DNA from: a virus
Taxonomy: Duplodnaviria; Heunggongvirae; Uroviricota; Caudoviricetes
Direction: 5' to 3' (one strand)
Length of the DNA: 64,000 bases
IMG/VR virus record: IMGVR_UViG_3300028833_000054
Coordinates: 118,482 to 182,481 of that record
Each line of letters starts with the position of its first letter. Within the stretch, counting starts at the first letter, position 1. Made by a program: the position numbers and the translations under genes. A model generated the notes under the pieces. The model made no database searches and had not been told where the DNA came from. It saw only the letters and a program-made list of their open reading frames with translations. This document shows, one piece after another, positions 9,942 to 19,787 of this stretch.

Positions 9942-10916
9942 TTAAACTAACTTAGCGGTGTAAAGTTCATTTGCTGTATCATAATTGACACTTGCAAATC
10001 CAAATCCATCCTTGATAGCATTTATGATTTCCTCTGCAGTAAGTACTGTTTCATAATCACCGTAATCAATATGAGGAATATTTGCTGCTAAATCATCTGC
10101 AGTGAAAGTAATCTTTGTTACAACACCATCTTCTCCTGTAACAGGAATAAACATATTGTAATCAATTACTCTCTTCATTGCAGCTTTGACTTCTTCAAGA
10201 TAATTTTCAATCTTAGTCTGACGAGCATTATTAAGCTGGTCAAAAAGATTCTTAGCAGTATTCTTCATTGCTGCTTCTTTTGCTTCTCTTTCAGAAAATT
10301 CTTGAACGGTAATTTGAGCTCCTGCAGATTTGTCAGTTACTTCACAAGCAGGTGCAACATATTCCTTCTTAGGATTTTCATCTTCTTCACAGCAGCAATC
10401 ATCACAAGCATCTTCATAAATAACAAATTGACTATTCAACTCATCATAATAGAAAACATCATCAAATTCTGAACAAGTTCCCTCAAATGTATCAAGGTTT
10501 TTGTTCCAGAAAAATCTGAATGTAATTTTCTTTCCATCCTTCCAATGGAAATCAAATCTAATATTATATTCTACATCAGGTTGTCTTGTTCTTACTTTGA
10601 AAATAAAGTTATCAAGAATGTCTTTCATCTTAGTATCAGCCTCAGAGTCATCATTCAATTCTTTCCACTCTTCTTTGCAATCATCAGAATAGAAATAATT
10701 TACTCCGTTCTTTACAGAATCAAGAAATTCTTTTGCTTCTTTTTCTTCTTCAGTGTCCTTGCTTTTTTCTTCTTTTGGAAGGTCAATATCTTCAAGCTTA
10801 GCTCCGCTTTGTTCTAAGAGTTTAAGAGCTTGATTATAAATAGAAGTTAGCAAAAATGGAAACATCAATGATGCATTTGCTAAAGCATCTTTTTTACGTA
10901 CGGTATCTTTGCTCAT
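9942..10916 (-). CDS. Acidic hypothetical protein
   Basis: 324-aa ORF packed in the operon; no recognised motif. Confidence 0.7.
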   Translation of the reverse strand: MSKDTVRKKDALANASLMFPFLLTSIYNQALKLLEQSGAKLEDIDLPKEEKSKDTEEEKEAKEFLDSVKNGVNYFYSDDCKEEWKELNDDSEADTKMKDILDNFIFKVRTRQPDVEYNIRFDFHWKDGKKITFRFFWNKNLDTFEGTCSEFDDVFYYDELNSQFVIYEDACDDCCCEEDENPKKEYVAPACEVTDKSAGAQITVQEFSEREAKEAAMKNTAKNLFDQLNNARQTKIENYLEEVKAAMKRVIDYNMFIPVTGEDGVVTKITFTADDLAANIPHIDYGDYETVLTAEEIINAIKDGFGFASVNYDTANELYTAKLV

Positions 10917-10922
10917 AATATA

Positions 10923-11585
10923 TTATGATTTATTTTGTGTTTCAAGTAACAAGCTACTTGTGTTATCGGCAGTCTGAAGCAATGGAAGAAGAGGGCATTC
11001 ATTAATAGCAGACTGGTAAGAATACTTAACATCATTAGTTAAGAGTGCTCCATCCCAAGAACCCATATGAAATCTAATTGCAATCATTTCTTCAGGTGTA
11101 AGCTTCAAACCGATTGTAAGTAGCATAATAACAGATTTCTCACCGTGACCAATTGGGAAAGAATCAGATATCTCAAAAGAGTCATATGACACCCATTGGT
11201 CATTCTCATCTTTTCTCCATTTCTGCTTAGGCTTGTAAAATTCAGTCTTGCAGATATCATGGAGAAGTGCAGAAATAATAATTGAATTGTCATCTAACCT
11301 GCTTGCAAGTTCAGGTTTCAACTCAAGATAAACATTCTTAAGTTTACAAGCTGTTGCATAGACAAGCAAGCTGTGGTCAAGTAAACCACCCTCATAATTA
11401 GAGTGATAACTTGCAGAAGAAGGAGCAGAATAAAAATCTGTTCCTTTCAAAAAAGTAATAACCTCTTCAATCCCCTGTCTGCCAGTGGATCTAAGAAGAG
11501 ATTCGAATGTATTAATCTTATCTGTTTTAAGCATTCCATTGGTAATGCTTTCCGCAGTAAGTGTGTTTAATGAACTAATTGCCAT
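10923..11585 (-). CDS. HD-domain phosphohydrolase
   Basis: HSNYEGGLLDHS, LLHDICK, GHGEKS, AIRFHMG. Confidence 0.85.
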   Translation of the reverse strand: MAISSLNTLTAESITNGMLKTDKINTFESLLRSTGRQGIEEVITFLKGTDFYSAPSSASYHSNYEGGLLDHSLLVYATACKLKNVYLELKPELASRLDDNSIIISALLHDICKTEFYKPKQKWRKDENDQWVSYDSFEISDSFPIGHGEKSVIMLLTIGLKLTPEEMIAIRFHMGSWDGALLTNDVKYSYQSAINECPLLPLLQTADNTSSLLLETQNKS

Positions 11586-11604
11586 ATAATATTATATCTA
11601 AAAA

Positions 11605-12138
11605 TTAAAACAAAGATAATGATTCAATTTCAGGCTCTTCTTCAATTTCTTCTTCTTCCTCATCATCTGAAGTATCAACAACAGTATAATCTTCATCAGT
11701 GCTATCAAAACTAACAAGAGACCTGTCAGGAAGAACTACTTTGACAATCATATAATAAAAATCTCCCAATTCAACATGTACAAATCCGTTCTTTTCAAAC
11801 TCATTGTACTCTTCATCTGAGATACGTCTCAATAGAACTGTTACATTATTGTACTCTAATCTAAAGTAACAAGAAAGATTATTCTTTTTACAATCGGAAG
11901 TATATACACCTCCAATATCCTTTTTCCAATCTTTCATGTATTCTTTTCCAACATCTGGAGCAACATACAAATATGTGTCCTTTCCTGTGTTAGATACTCT
12001 TACTCTTCCAATTCCTACTGAAAATCCATTATGAATATTTGCAGGAACACACAATGCTTTGTTTTTGGATTTTGCAATTGCTTCATTGTATAGATTCTGA
12101 ACGAATGAAACAGTTTCTTTAGAGATTATTTTTTTCAT
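11605..12138 (-). CDS. Hypothetical protein with acidic C-terminal tail
   Basis: 177-aa ORF in the operon. Confidence 0.65.
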   Translation of the reverse strand: MKKIISKETVSFVQNLYNEAIAKSKNKALCVPANIHNGFSVGIGRVRVSNTGKDTYLYVAPDVGKEYMKDWKKDIGGVYTSDCKKNNLSCYFRLEYNNVTVLLRRISDEEYNEFEKNGFVHVELGDFYYMIVKVVLPDRSLVSFDSTDEDYTVVDTSDDEEEEEIEEEPEIESLSLF

Positions 12139-12574
12139 ATGAATTAATTTGTTTTTTCAATTCTTCGTATTCTGTTATTTCATTTAACAATTCCTCAGAG
12201 AAAAATTTGATACAAGTAATAACATCTTTTTGTGATATATTGTACCTAAGAGAATATTCCTTTATCATTGCAGGAGTTATCTTTGCTTTCTCATTTTTCT
12301 TTGCCTGGGACTTATTTGCTCCTGCAGTATATATCCATCCTGGAGGTCTTCGACCCGTGTACAAGAAATCAGACCAGAACTTCAGTACATCAATTGGATT
12401 GGCTTTACTATTGTTGAAGACCTGTGCTTGCAACGGATATTGTATTGCAAGCCTACGATTAATCATAAAGATATTTTGTCTAATGCTTTCATTAGTCAAA
12501 TTTGCAATATACTCTTTATCATTGAATAAAGCACTAAGAGTATCAAATAATATATTTGGTTTCTTTTCTGCCAT
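12119..12574 (-). CDS. Possible clamp-loader small subunit (T4 gp62-like)
   Basis: IFMINRRLAIQYP..AQVFN...W pattern reminiscent of gp62; replication-gene context; start set at ATG 12574. Confidence 0.4.
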   Translation of the reverse strand: MAEKKPNILFDTLSALFNDKEYIANLTNESIRQNIFMINRRLAIQYPLQAQVFNNSKANPIDVLKFWSDFLYTGRRPPGWIYTAGANKSQAKKNEKAKITPAMIKEYSLRYNISQKDVITCIKFFSEELLNEITEYEELKKQINSYEKNNL

Positions 12575-12587
12575 ATAAATTATATCA

Positions 12588-13010
12588 TTAATGAGAATAA
12601 TCGGTTGTGTAATAATCATAACAAAATGTTATGCTTTTACTAGAGTGACAAATTGATAAAGGCATTACATTGTAAAAATGGTCTACTCTTGTAACAACAC
12701 TGTCCCAATTGTAGTCTTCAATCACAGCATCAATATTTTTTGCAACCCATTTTTTATTAAATACAGTATATGAATTTTGTTGGGGTTTTTCTATACGCCA
12801 ACGTTTTCCAGCAGGACCACATTTAAAAATATACATCCATTCATCTATAAGTTGTTGTGCACCAAACATTTCTTCGTCGAAAAAATACAATGTGAATGAA
12901 TAATTAGATTCATTTTCAAATTTTCTGAAGAACATTAGTGAACCATCATAACAAGCAGAAAACGGAAAATTAACATATATTCGCCTTCCAAAATTATCTC
13001 TTCCTACCAT
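12588..13010 (-). CDS. Hypothetical protein
   Basis: 140-aa ORF, TAATG-coupled to the upstream exonuclease. Confidence 0.6.
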   Translation of the reverse strand: MVGRDNFGRRIYVNFPFSACYDGSLMFFRKFENESNYSFTLYFFDEEMFGAQQLIDEWMYIFKCGPAGKRWRIEKPQQNSYTVFNKKWVAKNIDAVIEDYNWDSVVTRVDHFYNVMPLSICHSSKSITFCYDYYTTDYSH

Positions 13011-14197
13011 TAAAACAATGCTCCATTAATAGGTTTAATATATTTGTCAAGGTCTTTAATATTGTCAAAAATTGTATTTTCCTTCGGCTTATTGTAATCT
13101 GCAGAAAGATATTTTGTACCTCCTAGAATATTATCTATTTTAATAGATTCAGTTTGAACATAACCAGAAGATTCTTCATTGTCTGCATGATATTTGAATG
13201 TGTCACAAATCTCTTGAGGAAATAAAGTAACATCAAGTTCAACAAGTTTTCTCTGTCTCATCAATCTTTCTTGAATATCAATATCATCAAGAGTCTTTTT
13301 CATGACGGATTCAATCTTTGGACCAAGTGCATTAGCTTCTTCTGCTTCACACAACTCCTTGACTGTAGTGATATTTAAATCTTCAAAAATCTTCTTAGCT
13401 TTCGTAGGAGTGATTCTGGCTTTCTTTCCGTTTTTGTAGAATTGATAAAAAGATGGAACATTATCACCATCATCACCGCACATAATCTTTTCAAGGACTA
13501 CCATATTAGAATCAACAATTTCATAGTTGATTTTTGGGTCCTTATTTTTAATATTCTTGATTGTATCTTTAACTGGATTATAATTATTAAAGAAGATATC
13601 TGCAGGGCTTTGTTTATTCAACCACTCTTCAATAGCAGAGTTTATATATAGTTTTTTCTGTCCTTTGTTATTTGCAATAGGATTGAAACAAACACAAAAA
13701 CTCTTTGACTGGAATCCATCAAAATCTACAAGCTGTACCCAGTCTCTATCAGAAGAAACAAGAACAATATTTTCAAAATCTTCTGCGTACAGTTTATTTT
13801 TCCAAAGAGCTGCAACATCATCTGCTTCAGCATTAGGAAGTTCAGTGACAATAAATCCCTTCTCTTTTAAAATTGATTTATAATCATTTAATGCTTCCCA
13901 AATTTTGTCCCAATTCTTTGAAGTATCTTTTACTCGAGTTCCTTTGTAAGATTCATCTTCATCCTTATAAAGTTCATTTCTCCAAGGATGCTTAGCATCA
14001 CAAGCAACAATGACTCTGTCTGGAGAAAAGATTCTCAAAACATAAGCCATATCCATAGCAATTTTCCTGATAAGTACTCCACATTCTTTATCAGTATCAA
14101 AAGTAGAAACAGAGCCCTCTCCTGCATAACTGCAAGTAAAGAGAGCTCTCATAGCCATATTGTTAAAATCAAAAATTAAATTCAATTTATTGTTCAT
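13010..14197 (-). CDS. rnh: 5'-3' exonuclease / T4 RNase H-like (FEN family)
   Basis: LIFDFNNMAMR, EADDVAA, SSDRDWVQL, GDDGDNVP acidic active-site motifs. Confidence 0.85.
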   Translation of the reverse strand: MNNKLNLIFDFNNMAMRALFTCSYAGEGSVSTFDTDKECGVLIRKIAMDMAYVLRIFSPDRVIVACDAKHPWRNELYKDEDESYKGTRVKDTSKNWDKIWEALNDYKSILKEKGFIVTELPNAEADDVAALWKNKLYAEDFENIVLVSSDRDWVQLVDFDGFQSKSFCVCFNPIANNKGQKKLYINSAIEEWLNKQSPADIFFNNYNPVKDTIKNIKNKDPKINYEIVDSNMVVLEKIMCGDDGDNVPSFYQFYKNGKKARITPTKAKKIFEDLNITTVKELCEAEEANALGPKIESVMKKTLDDIDIQERLMRQRKLVELDVTLFPQEICDTFKYHADNEESSGYVQTESIKIDNILGGTKYLSADYNKPKENTIFDNIKDLDKYIKPINGALF

Positions 14198-14236
14198 ACA
14201 ATTATATTCTAAATCTATATATTGTATTCAACTGTA

Positions 14237-15232
14237 TTATGCAAGATTATCAAAAATGAACTTTTCAGAATTAGAACCGGCAGCATCTTTATGACCGTTG
14301 AAAGATGCAGCAATCATCATGTCTTTCCAAACATTCATTTTATTACAATGAATCTCATTCTTGAAAGTATACATTGAGTACAAGTATTTTTCACCGTTGA
14401 AATGATATGGAATGAAAACATCATAATCATCTCTGTTCGGCATATCTTCAAATAGCACAGAAGACCTGTTCTGGGTATTACAAATCCAAGCTTTGTATTT
14501 CTTTATGTCACCTGTTTCAGCATCAACTGACTCAAAGACTCTTTCAAATCCGTGCTTTGCATCAGAGTTGAAGGCCGCTTTGGTGCAGCTGTACATAATT
14601 TTGCCAATATTCAACTCTTGGTCAAGCATCTGATGATAATTTTCATCTTCAGGTTCATCATAAAATTGATTATTTTTTATTCTCTCATTGATATAATCAA
14701 CTGCAGACTGAGGAGAAGTGACAATGGATTTCAAATATGAGAACATCGGCATAACCTTATTGTTCCAATATTCTTCATCTGTACGGTTCCAACAATCAAA
14801 ATCAGAAATATACTTCAGCCAATCTGGAATTTGTATATGATGCTCAAAATAGTTGTAAACAAGAGCAGCTGCAGACCTATAATGTTCTACAGTTTCTCGT
14901 ATTCCAAAAATCTCAGACCTAGTTAATTTGCTAAAATGTTCAAGACACTCTTTATCTGGTTTGATATGATGGTCAATCCAGATAAAATTATCCTGAAATT
15001 TTTCCCAAAGAGGGTACATAAACTCGAAATCGGGACACAAATCAACAATGAAGACTGTGTCAAAATTATTCTTGATATAATCAACACTCGGCAAGTCTCG
15101 ACCATAAGTCCAAGATTTGTGCTTGAATGTTGCATCTTTATTCAGAAAAATTTTGTAAAATGTTTCAACAAGACCTGCAGAGAAATAACCGTCAAGGTCT
15201 GTATGTGATAAAACGTAAACTCTTTCTAACAT
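14237..15232 (-). CDS. DHH-family phosphoesterase
   Basis: SHTDLDG, IVDL, WIDHH, GHKDAAG. Confidence 0.85.
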   Translation of the reverse strand: MLERVYVLSHTDLDGYFSAGLVETFYKIFLNKDATFKHKSWTYGRDLPSVDYIKNNFDTVFIVDLCPDFEFMYPLWEKFQDNFIWIDHHIKPDKECLEHFSKLTRSEIFGIRETVEHYRSAAALVYNYFEHHIQIPDWLKYISDFDCWNRTDEEYWNNKVMPMFSYLKSIVTSPQSAVDYINERIKNNQFYDEPEDENYHQMLDQELNIGKIMYSCTKAAFNSDAKHGFERVFESVDAETGDIKKYKAWICNTQNRSSVLFEDMPNRDDYDVFIPYHFNGEKYLYSMYTFKNEIHCNKMNVWKDMMIAASFNGHKDAAGSNSEKFIFDNLA

Positions 15233-15251
15233 AATAAAAAACTGTTCATAA

Positions 15252-15265
15252 CAAATATATGAAAA
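15252..15265 (-). promoter_or_regulatory. Host-sigma (Bacteroidota -7) promoter TTTTCATATATTTG
   Basis: Contains TAnnTTTG; the core TTCATATATTTG occurs at five intergenic sites. Confidence 0.75.
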
Positions 15266-15295
15266 TTATATTTAATTATGAACAGTTTTGATTTT

Positions 15296-16126
15296 TTATT
15301 CTACTTTAGTTCCGCAGTAAGGACAGAATTTGTGTTTTGGTGAAAGCTTTCTACCGCAGTTAGAACAATATCTTTTCTGCAAATCTTCTTGTGTGTAAGG
15401 CTTTCTTGAAAGAGGAAGAATCTTAATTGTCTCAATCTTCCAAGGATAATCTTCAAAATCATAATTTACATAAGAGAACTTCTGATTTGAATAACCTCCC
15501 TCTTCTACACGTCCTGTTTCAATTGATGCTGAACATGGCTCAATTGTACTAGCACATGACAATTCTATATTTAAAGAATCCATTGTAGCAGCTGAAGTAT
15601 ATGTAATACCAGAATCACCGCAATCACCAGTAGTGCCGCAGCAATATGCATTAACGGAAGATGCAGCTAAATCTGAAACATAACCGTTTACTGCATTAAG
15701 GCTGTTAATACTTCTATCAGAGTATATATAATCTTTAGTATTGTTTATAAAAACAATTGGATTACTTCTCTTGGTCTTTACCCTGTAGAAATTGATTGTT
15801 ACATCACCATTGTTGCTGGCAGCTTCTTTAGCTTCTGCAGAATCATCAATCTCATAAGTAGAGAATTTGAACTTCCTGGCCTTGTCGAGATATCTTTCAA
15901 GCCACACTCTTTCTCCTGGACGAAGCACAAGCATATCATTGAGCTCTTCACCATCAATGAAAATCTTAGCTGCAATAATAAACTTTTCAGGATTGAATAA
16001 TTGAATTTGGAATTCATCGCCGTTATTGAGATAAACGACTCTTGAGTACTCAGATGATACGTACTCTTTAAGCAAAGATTTGTTAACCGCGATCTTTGCC
16101 ATCGCGTCTTGACTAATTACATTCAT
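15296..16126 (-). CDS. Protein with C-terminal double zinc ribbon
   Basis: YCSNCGRKLSPKHKFCPYCG at the C-terminus. Confidence 0.75.
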   Translation of the reverse strand: MNVISQDAMAKIAVNKSLLKEYVSSEYSRVVYLNNGDEFQIQLFNPEKFIIAAKIFIDGEELNDMLVLRPGERVWLERYLDKARKFKFSTYEIDDSAEAKEAASNNGDVTINFYRVKTKRSNPIVFINNTKDYIYSDRSINSLNAVNGYVSDLAASSVNAYCCGTTGDCGDSGITYTSAATMDSLNIELSCASTIEPCSASIETGRVEEGGYSNQKFSYVNYDFEDYPWKIETIKILPLSRKPYTQEDLQKRYCSNCGRKLSPKHKFCPYCGTKVE

Positions 16127-16157
16127 AGTTCTTTAATCTTTATTTTTAATTTGAACT

Positions 16158-16221
16158 CTACTGTAATGCAATCGGTTCTGTAAAAACCTCAAAAGAACTT
16201 ACATTCTCTGCACTGCAATAG
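16158..16221 (-). ncRNA. Candidate structured 5' leader RNA (three-way junction)
   Basis: 13-bp outer stem (12 pairs including two G-U) enclosing two short hairpins, upstream of the zinc-ribbon gene. Confidence 0.3.
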
Positions 16222-16256
16222 TAAAATGCTTTAATATGTATATTATATATGTTAAA

Positions 16257-16574
16257 TCAATCTAAGATTTTTTCTGCAAGCTTTCCAAAAACCTTGTACC
16301 AAAATTGCAACCACTTGCTTTGTGGAAATTCTAATCCAAGGTCTTTTGTTCTACTTTTGAAAATACCAAATTTATATAAAAGGTTATGAACAAGCCACTC
16401 CCATCTCAATGACTCATCTGAACGGTTATTGAGGACAGGATTTATAGCATATACTTTTCTCAACTCTTGTATAATTGGAAGAATTTCATCTTTTAATACT
16501 TTGTAAGAATCATCTATATGAATTTTTCCATTATCTCTTGTTGATGCATAATATTTCAAATCTCTTAATTGCAT
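16257..16574 (-). CDS. Hypothetical protein
   Basis: 105-aa ORF (RSDESLRWEWLVHNLLYKFG) starting 2 nt after the upstream stop. Confidence 0.65.
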   Translation of the reverse strand: MQLRDLKYYASTRDNGKIHIDDSYKVLKDEILPIIQELRKVYAINPVLNNRSDESLRWEWLVHNLLYKFGIFKSRTKDLGLEFPQSKWLQFWYKVFGKLAEKILD

Positions 16575-16576
16575 AA

Positions 16577-17800
16577 TTACTTACCGATTATTGTATAGTC
16601 ACTCATCAATTCTTCAGGGCAAACATTACCTTTCTTTGAACGGAAGTTAAATCTAAGAATCATATTTGGATAAACAACTACTGCATTAACTTGTTTTGAT
16701 CTTCCATTGACAGGATATTCTACAAAAACATCAAGCGGGTCAAATGGGTCATATCCTCCAGTATATTTGCTTCCTTGCAATAATGCTCCAACATTTTCAG
16801 GATTTCTTAAATCATAAATATGAGAAGTTTTCTTTGTACTGTGTACAAGGATATATCCATAACCAATTGCAGATTGGATAAATGTTTTCAATTTTTCTAC
16901 ATCAATCTTATCCAATACATGGTCAGGATTTGCATAAGAACGGATTCTTCTATCTTTTTTAGGAGGAGTATTTCCGTTTATTTTGATATATTCTGCATAA
17001 GCCATCTTGAATCTATATTCATCAATTCCGAATAAATCAAGCATTGATTTTCCGCTTGGAAGATAAGTTCTTGGATTCCATTTTGAGAATTCTAATTCTG
17101 CCACATTAGGAGATGAAAATACTTCTTTTGGAAATATCTTTGATACACCTACATTAATGAATGTTACTTTTGGACCATACTTTAGTGATAAAAAGTAACC
17201 TGTAGGATTTTTTGCAGTTCTAACTATAATATCTGCAACTGTTCTTCCAATATCTCCTGGGTCATTTGGATTTGTTTGTTTCAATGGAGCACAAATAATT
17301 GTTCCATCATTATTGTAATCTGTAAGAGGTCGACGGTTATTCTCTTTTCCTGGACTATCTATGCCAACTACGACATCATCTCGGTCAATGATTCCTGCAT
17401 CTTGAAGAGGTCCAAGATATTTGTTTTCAAACTCACTTGCATAATCTTTTTCAAAAGCTATTCCTTTATTATCATAATTAGAAAAATCTCCCTTGTATAA
17501 ATTATTCCAAACAGATTTTCTTCCGCCTACTTGCAACAAGCATTTGTTAAGATCTGCAGGAGAAGTTGGTTCTCCGTTCTTAATCTTATCTCTGAGCTCT
17601 TGCAATTTCTGAACATCAAAATCACTTCCTTTTACAACTTCTGCACCAGTACCGTTTGTACCAGTTTTTAACTCTTCACCTGCAATAAGTTTGTCAAGAA
17701 CAGCAAGAGAATAATCAAACTTTTCTCTATGTGACCAATCTTTCCCGCCGAAAACAGATTCATTTAATTTCTTTGATTTAATAAATCTTATATTATACAT
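16577..17800 (-). CDS. Putative PD-(D/E)xK-type endonuclease, late gene
   Basis: TVADI(x)n-FLSLKYG catalytic-like motif; late promoter upstream; N-terminal LNE. Confidence 0.45.
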   Translation of the reverse strand: MYNIRFIKSKKLNESVFGGKDWSHREKFDYSLAVLDKLIAGEELKTGTNGTGAEVVKGSDFDVQKLQELRDKIKNGEPTSPADLNKCLLQVGGRKSVWNNLYKGDFSNYDNKGIAFEKDYASEFENKYLGPLQDAGIIDRDDVVVGIDSPGKENNRRPLTDYNNDGTIICAPLKQTNPNDPGDIGRTVADIIVRTAKNPTGYFLSLKYGPKVTFINVGVSKIFPKEVFSSPNVAELEFSKWNPRTYLPSGKSMLDLFGIDEYRFKMAYAEYIKINGNTPPKKDRRIRSYANPDHVLDKIDVEKLKTFIQSAIGYGYILVHSTKKTSHIYDLRNPENVGALLQGSKYTGGYDPFDPLDVFVEYPVNGRSKQVNAVVVYPNMILRFNFRSKKGNVCPEELMSDYTIIGK

Positions 17801-17821
17801 CTTACAAATTATCAATTTGTT

Positions 17822-17829
17822 TATTTATT
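17822..17829 (-). promoter_or_regulatory. T4-late-like promoter AATAAATA
   Basis: Follows the terminator at 17832-17864. Confidence 0.55.
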
Positions 17830-17831
17830 TG

Positions 17832-17864
17832 AAAAAATTAAAGGAGGTCATCATCGACCTCCTT
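17832..17864 (-). terminator. Rho-independent terminator
   Basis: AAGGAGGTC-6 nt-GACCTCCTT stem, then TAATTTTTT on the minus strand. Confidence 0.7.
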
Positions 17865-18014
17865 CTTAAATTTTTGTTTCATTACGGTTCGAGATAGAAA
17901 ATCAGTCATTCCTTCCCACCAATTTTCAAGTTTTCTTCCTTTTCTGTGTAAATGATAATCTTTTTTCCAAAGACCTGCTCCACTAATTTTCTTTTCTCTT
18001 CCGTATGGTTTCAT
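17838..18014 (-). CDS. Small basic hypothetical protein (58 aa)
   Basis: ATG overlaps the clamp-loader stop (TAATG). Confidence 0.45.
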   Translation of the reverse strand: MKPYGREKKISGAGLWKKDYHLHRKGRKLENWWEGMTDFLSRTVMKQKFKKEVDDDLL

Positions 18015-18964
18015 TATGAATGAATAATAGTTTGAAGTTTGAAACAACAAGCAAGCAATACAATTACTCTGTCTGGGCTTGTTGAGAGTTGTGCAAGATA
18101 TTCTGCAATAGTAATAATGATGTACGGAATCTTTGCATTATAATCAGGATAAGTTTTTCTTAAGAACTCAACAAATTCCTGAGAAATCGCCATCATAGCC
18201 TCATCAGGAGATGACGAATAGTTTTCCATGATAAACTTATAATTCTCAACTGGGTCTGTGCAGGTCATGATTTTCTCAAACAAATCAGAGCAATCAAAAG
18301 TTTTGATAAGAGACTCTCTATCCAACTCGTGTGCACCTTGCAAATACAAAGACTGAATTGTATTAAGAATAGTTCTCATATCAGGAAATGATGTCTTGAC
18401 GAATTCTTTCAACACATCATCCTCATACTTGATTTGAAGCTTATTGAAAATTGCTCCAACATACTGACAATATCCAGCCATAAGAGCATCTGATTCCTGA
18501 TTGTTAATTGGATAAACAGGAATGCAATTGAAACGAGATTGGATAAATGAAGGAATCTTGTCAAACTTATTGCAAGTCATAATGAATCTGACAGAGTTTG
18601 CATAGTGTTCAATAGTCTCACGCATAGCAGACCAAGCTTGTTCACTAAATCCATCACACTCATCAATGTAAACAACTTTCATTTTTTCTGCTCCTCCTTC
18701 AAGAGAAATCTGAGAAGCAAAAGAAACAATTTGATTTCGGACAGTATCAATACCGTTCTCTGAAGAACCATTCAAATAACAAGTATCATATCCGTTTGAA
18801 AGAATTTTTGCAATTGTTGTCTTACCACAGCCCGGAGGACCATACATAAGTATATTAGTAGCAAGACCTTTATCAAGTTCTGCTCTAATTCTAGGAAGAA
18901 GAATAACTCCATCTAGAGTCTTTGCTCTAAATAATTCGGTGAAAAGTTTCTGTGTAGTTGGCAT
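18014..18964 (-). CDS. Clamp loader large subunit (T4 gp44/RFC-like AAA+)
   Basis: LFTELFRAKTLD, GPPGCGKTT, NGSSENGIDTVR, IDECD, FIMTCN, IQSRF. Confidence 0.92.
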   Translation of the reverse strand: MPTTQKLFTELFRAKTLDGVILLPRIRAELDKGLATNILMYGPPGCGKTTIAKILSNGYDTCYLNGSSENGIDTVRNQIVSFASQISLEGGAEKMKVVYIDECDGFSEQAWSAMRETIEHYANSVRFIMTCNKFDKIPSFIQSRFNCIPVYPINNQESDALMAGYCQYVGAIFNKLQIKYEDDVLKEFVKTSFPDMRTILNTIQSLYLQGAHELDRESLIKTFDCSDLFEKIMTCTDPVENYKFIMENYSSSPDEAMMAISQEFVEFLRKTYPDYNAKIPYIIITIAEYLAQLSTSPDRVIVLLACCFKLQTIIHS

Positions 18965-18965
18965 A

Positions 18966-19742
18966 TTATTTTATTGCTAAATGTGTATCAAGTGCAGGAT
19001 TTACATTATATGTAATTTTATATCCCAAATTTTCTAAAAATGCTATCATTTCGTCACAATGTTTTTTCCACCCTTCTTTGTCTGTTATGAAATCAGATTC
19101 TACTGGCCACATTTCAAAGAGAATAGGAGGATAATCATTTCTTTTTATTGTGTCTACTGCTCCTTGTAGAATTTTAAATTCACATCCTTCTGCATCAATT
19201 TTAATAAATCCAATATTACTGAAATTATAACTATCTAATGACCTAGTATTTACTATATCAAATTCATCTAATTTATCCCAATAATATTTAGCTTCATAAC
19301 AATGATGAGTTAAACGAGGAGCATCAATAAGATTATCATTATTTACATCAGAAGTCCATCCATTGAATCTTGTATATCCTTCTCTATCTGAAAGATAAAC
19401 ATTGAAAATATCAATTCTATCTACAACATCATTTGCAACTGCATTTGCTCCAATAATATATGAATAAGTTTTATTAGCTTCAAATGAATAGCAATGTTTG
19501 AACTTCTTTAATAACTCAATAGAATATACACCGTGACAAGCTCCAACATCTATAAAGCTTTTTGAAAAGTCGAATATATCATCATACTTTCCTCGTAGAA
19601 CTTCTAAGCAAAAGTGTTCTATATTTGGAGGATAGCCTCCTGAAGCATATGAAAAATTTATCAGGTCTTCTGATAATGCACAATAAGACCCGGTTTTTAC
19701 ACAGGTCTTATCTGCATTTTTGTTCCAAACGAAAATATCCAT
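18966..19742 (-). CDS. FkbM-family SAM methyltransferase
   Basis: IDVGACHGVYS, YSFEAN, FIKIDAEGCEFKIL. Confidence 0.85.
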   Translation of the reverse strand: MDIFVWNKNADKTCVKTGSYCALSEDLINFSYASGGYPPNIEHFCLEVLRGKYDDIFDFSKSFIDVGACHGVYSIELLKKFKHCYSFEANKTYSYIIGANAVANDVVDRIDIFNVYLSDREGYTRFNGWTSDVNNDNLIDAPRLTHHCYEAKYYWDKLDEFDIVNTRSLDSYNFSNIGFIKIDAEGCEFKILQGAVDTIKRNDYPPILFEMWPVESDFITDKEGWKKHCDEMIAFLENLGYKITYNVNPALDTHLAIK

Positions 19743-19787
19743 AATACAATTTAATTTGCAAATTATATTTGGATATATGTTGAAATA

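Noticed and set aside
10923-11585. DatZ-type dATPase implying a Z-base genome
   Set aside because: Generic HD motifs only; no purZ or mazZ in the window
15238-15289. Bacteroides-type invertible promoter
   Set aside because: The 24-nt spacer is much shorter than known invertible promoter segments and no invertase is nearby
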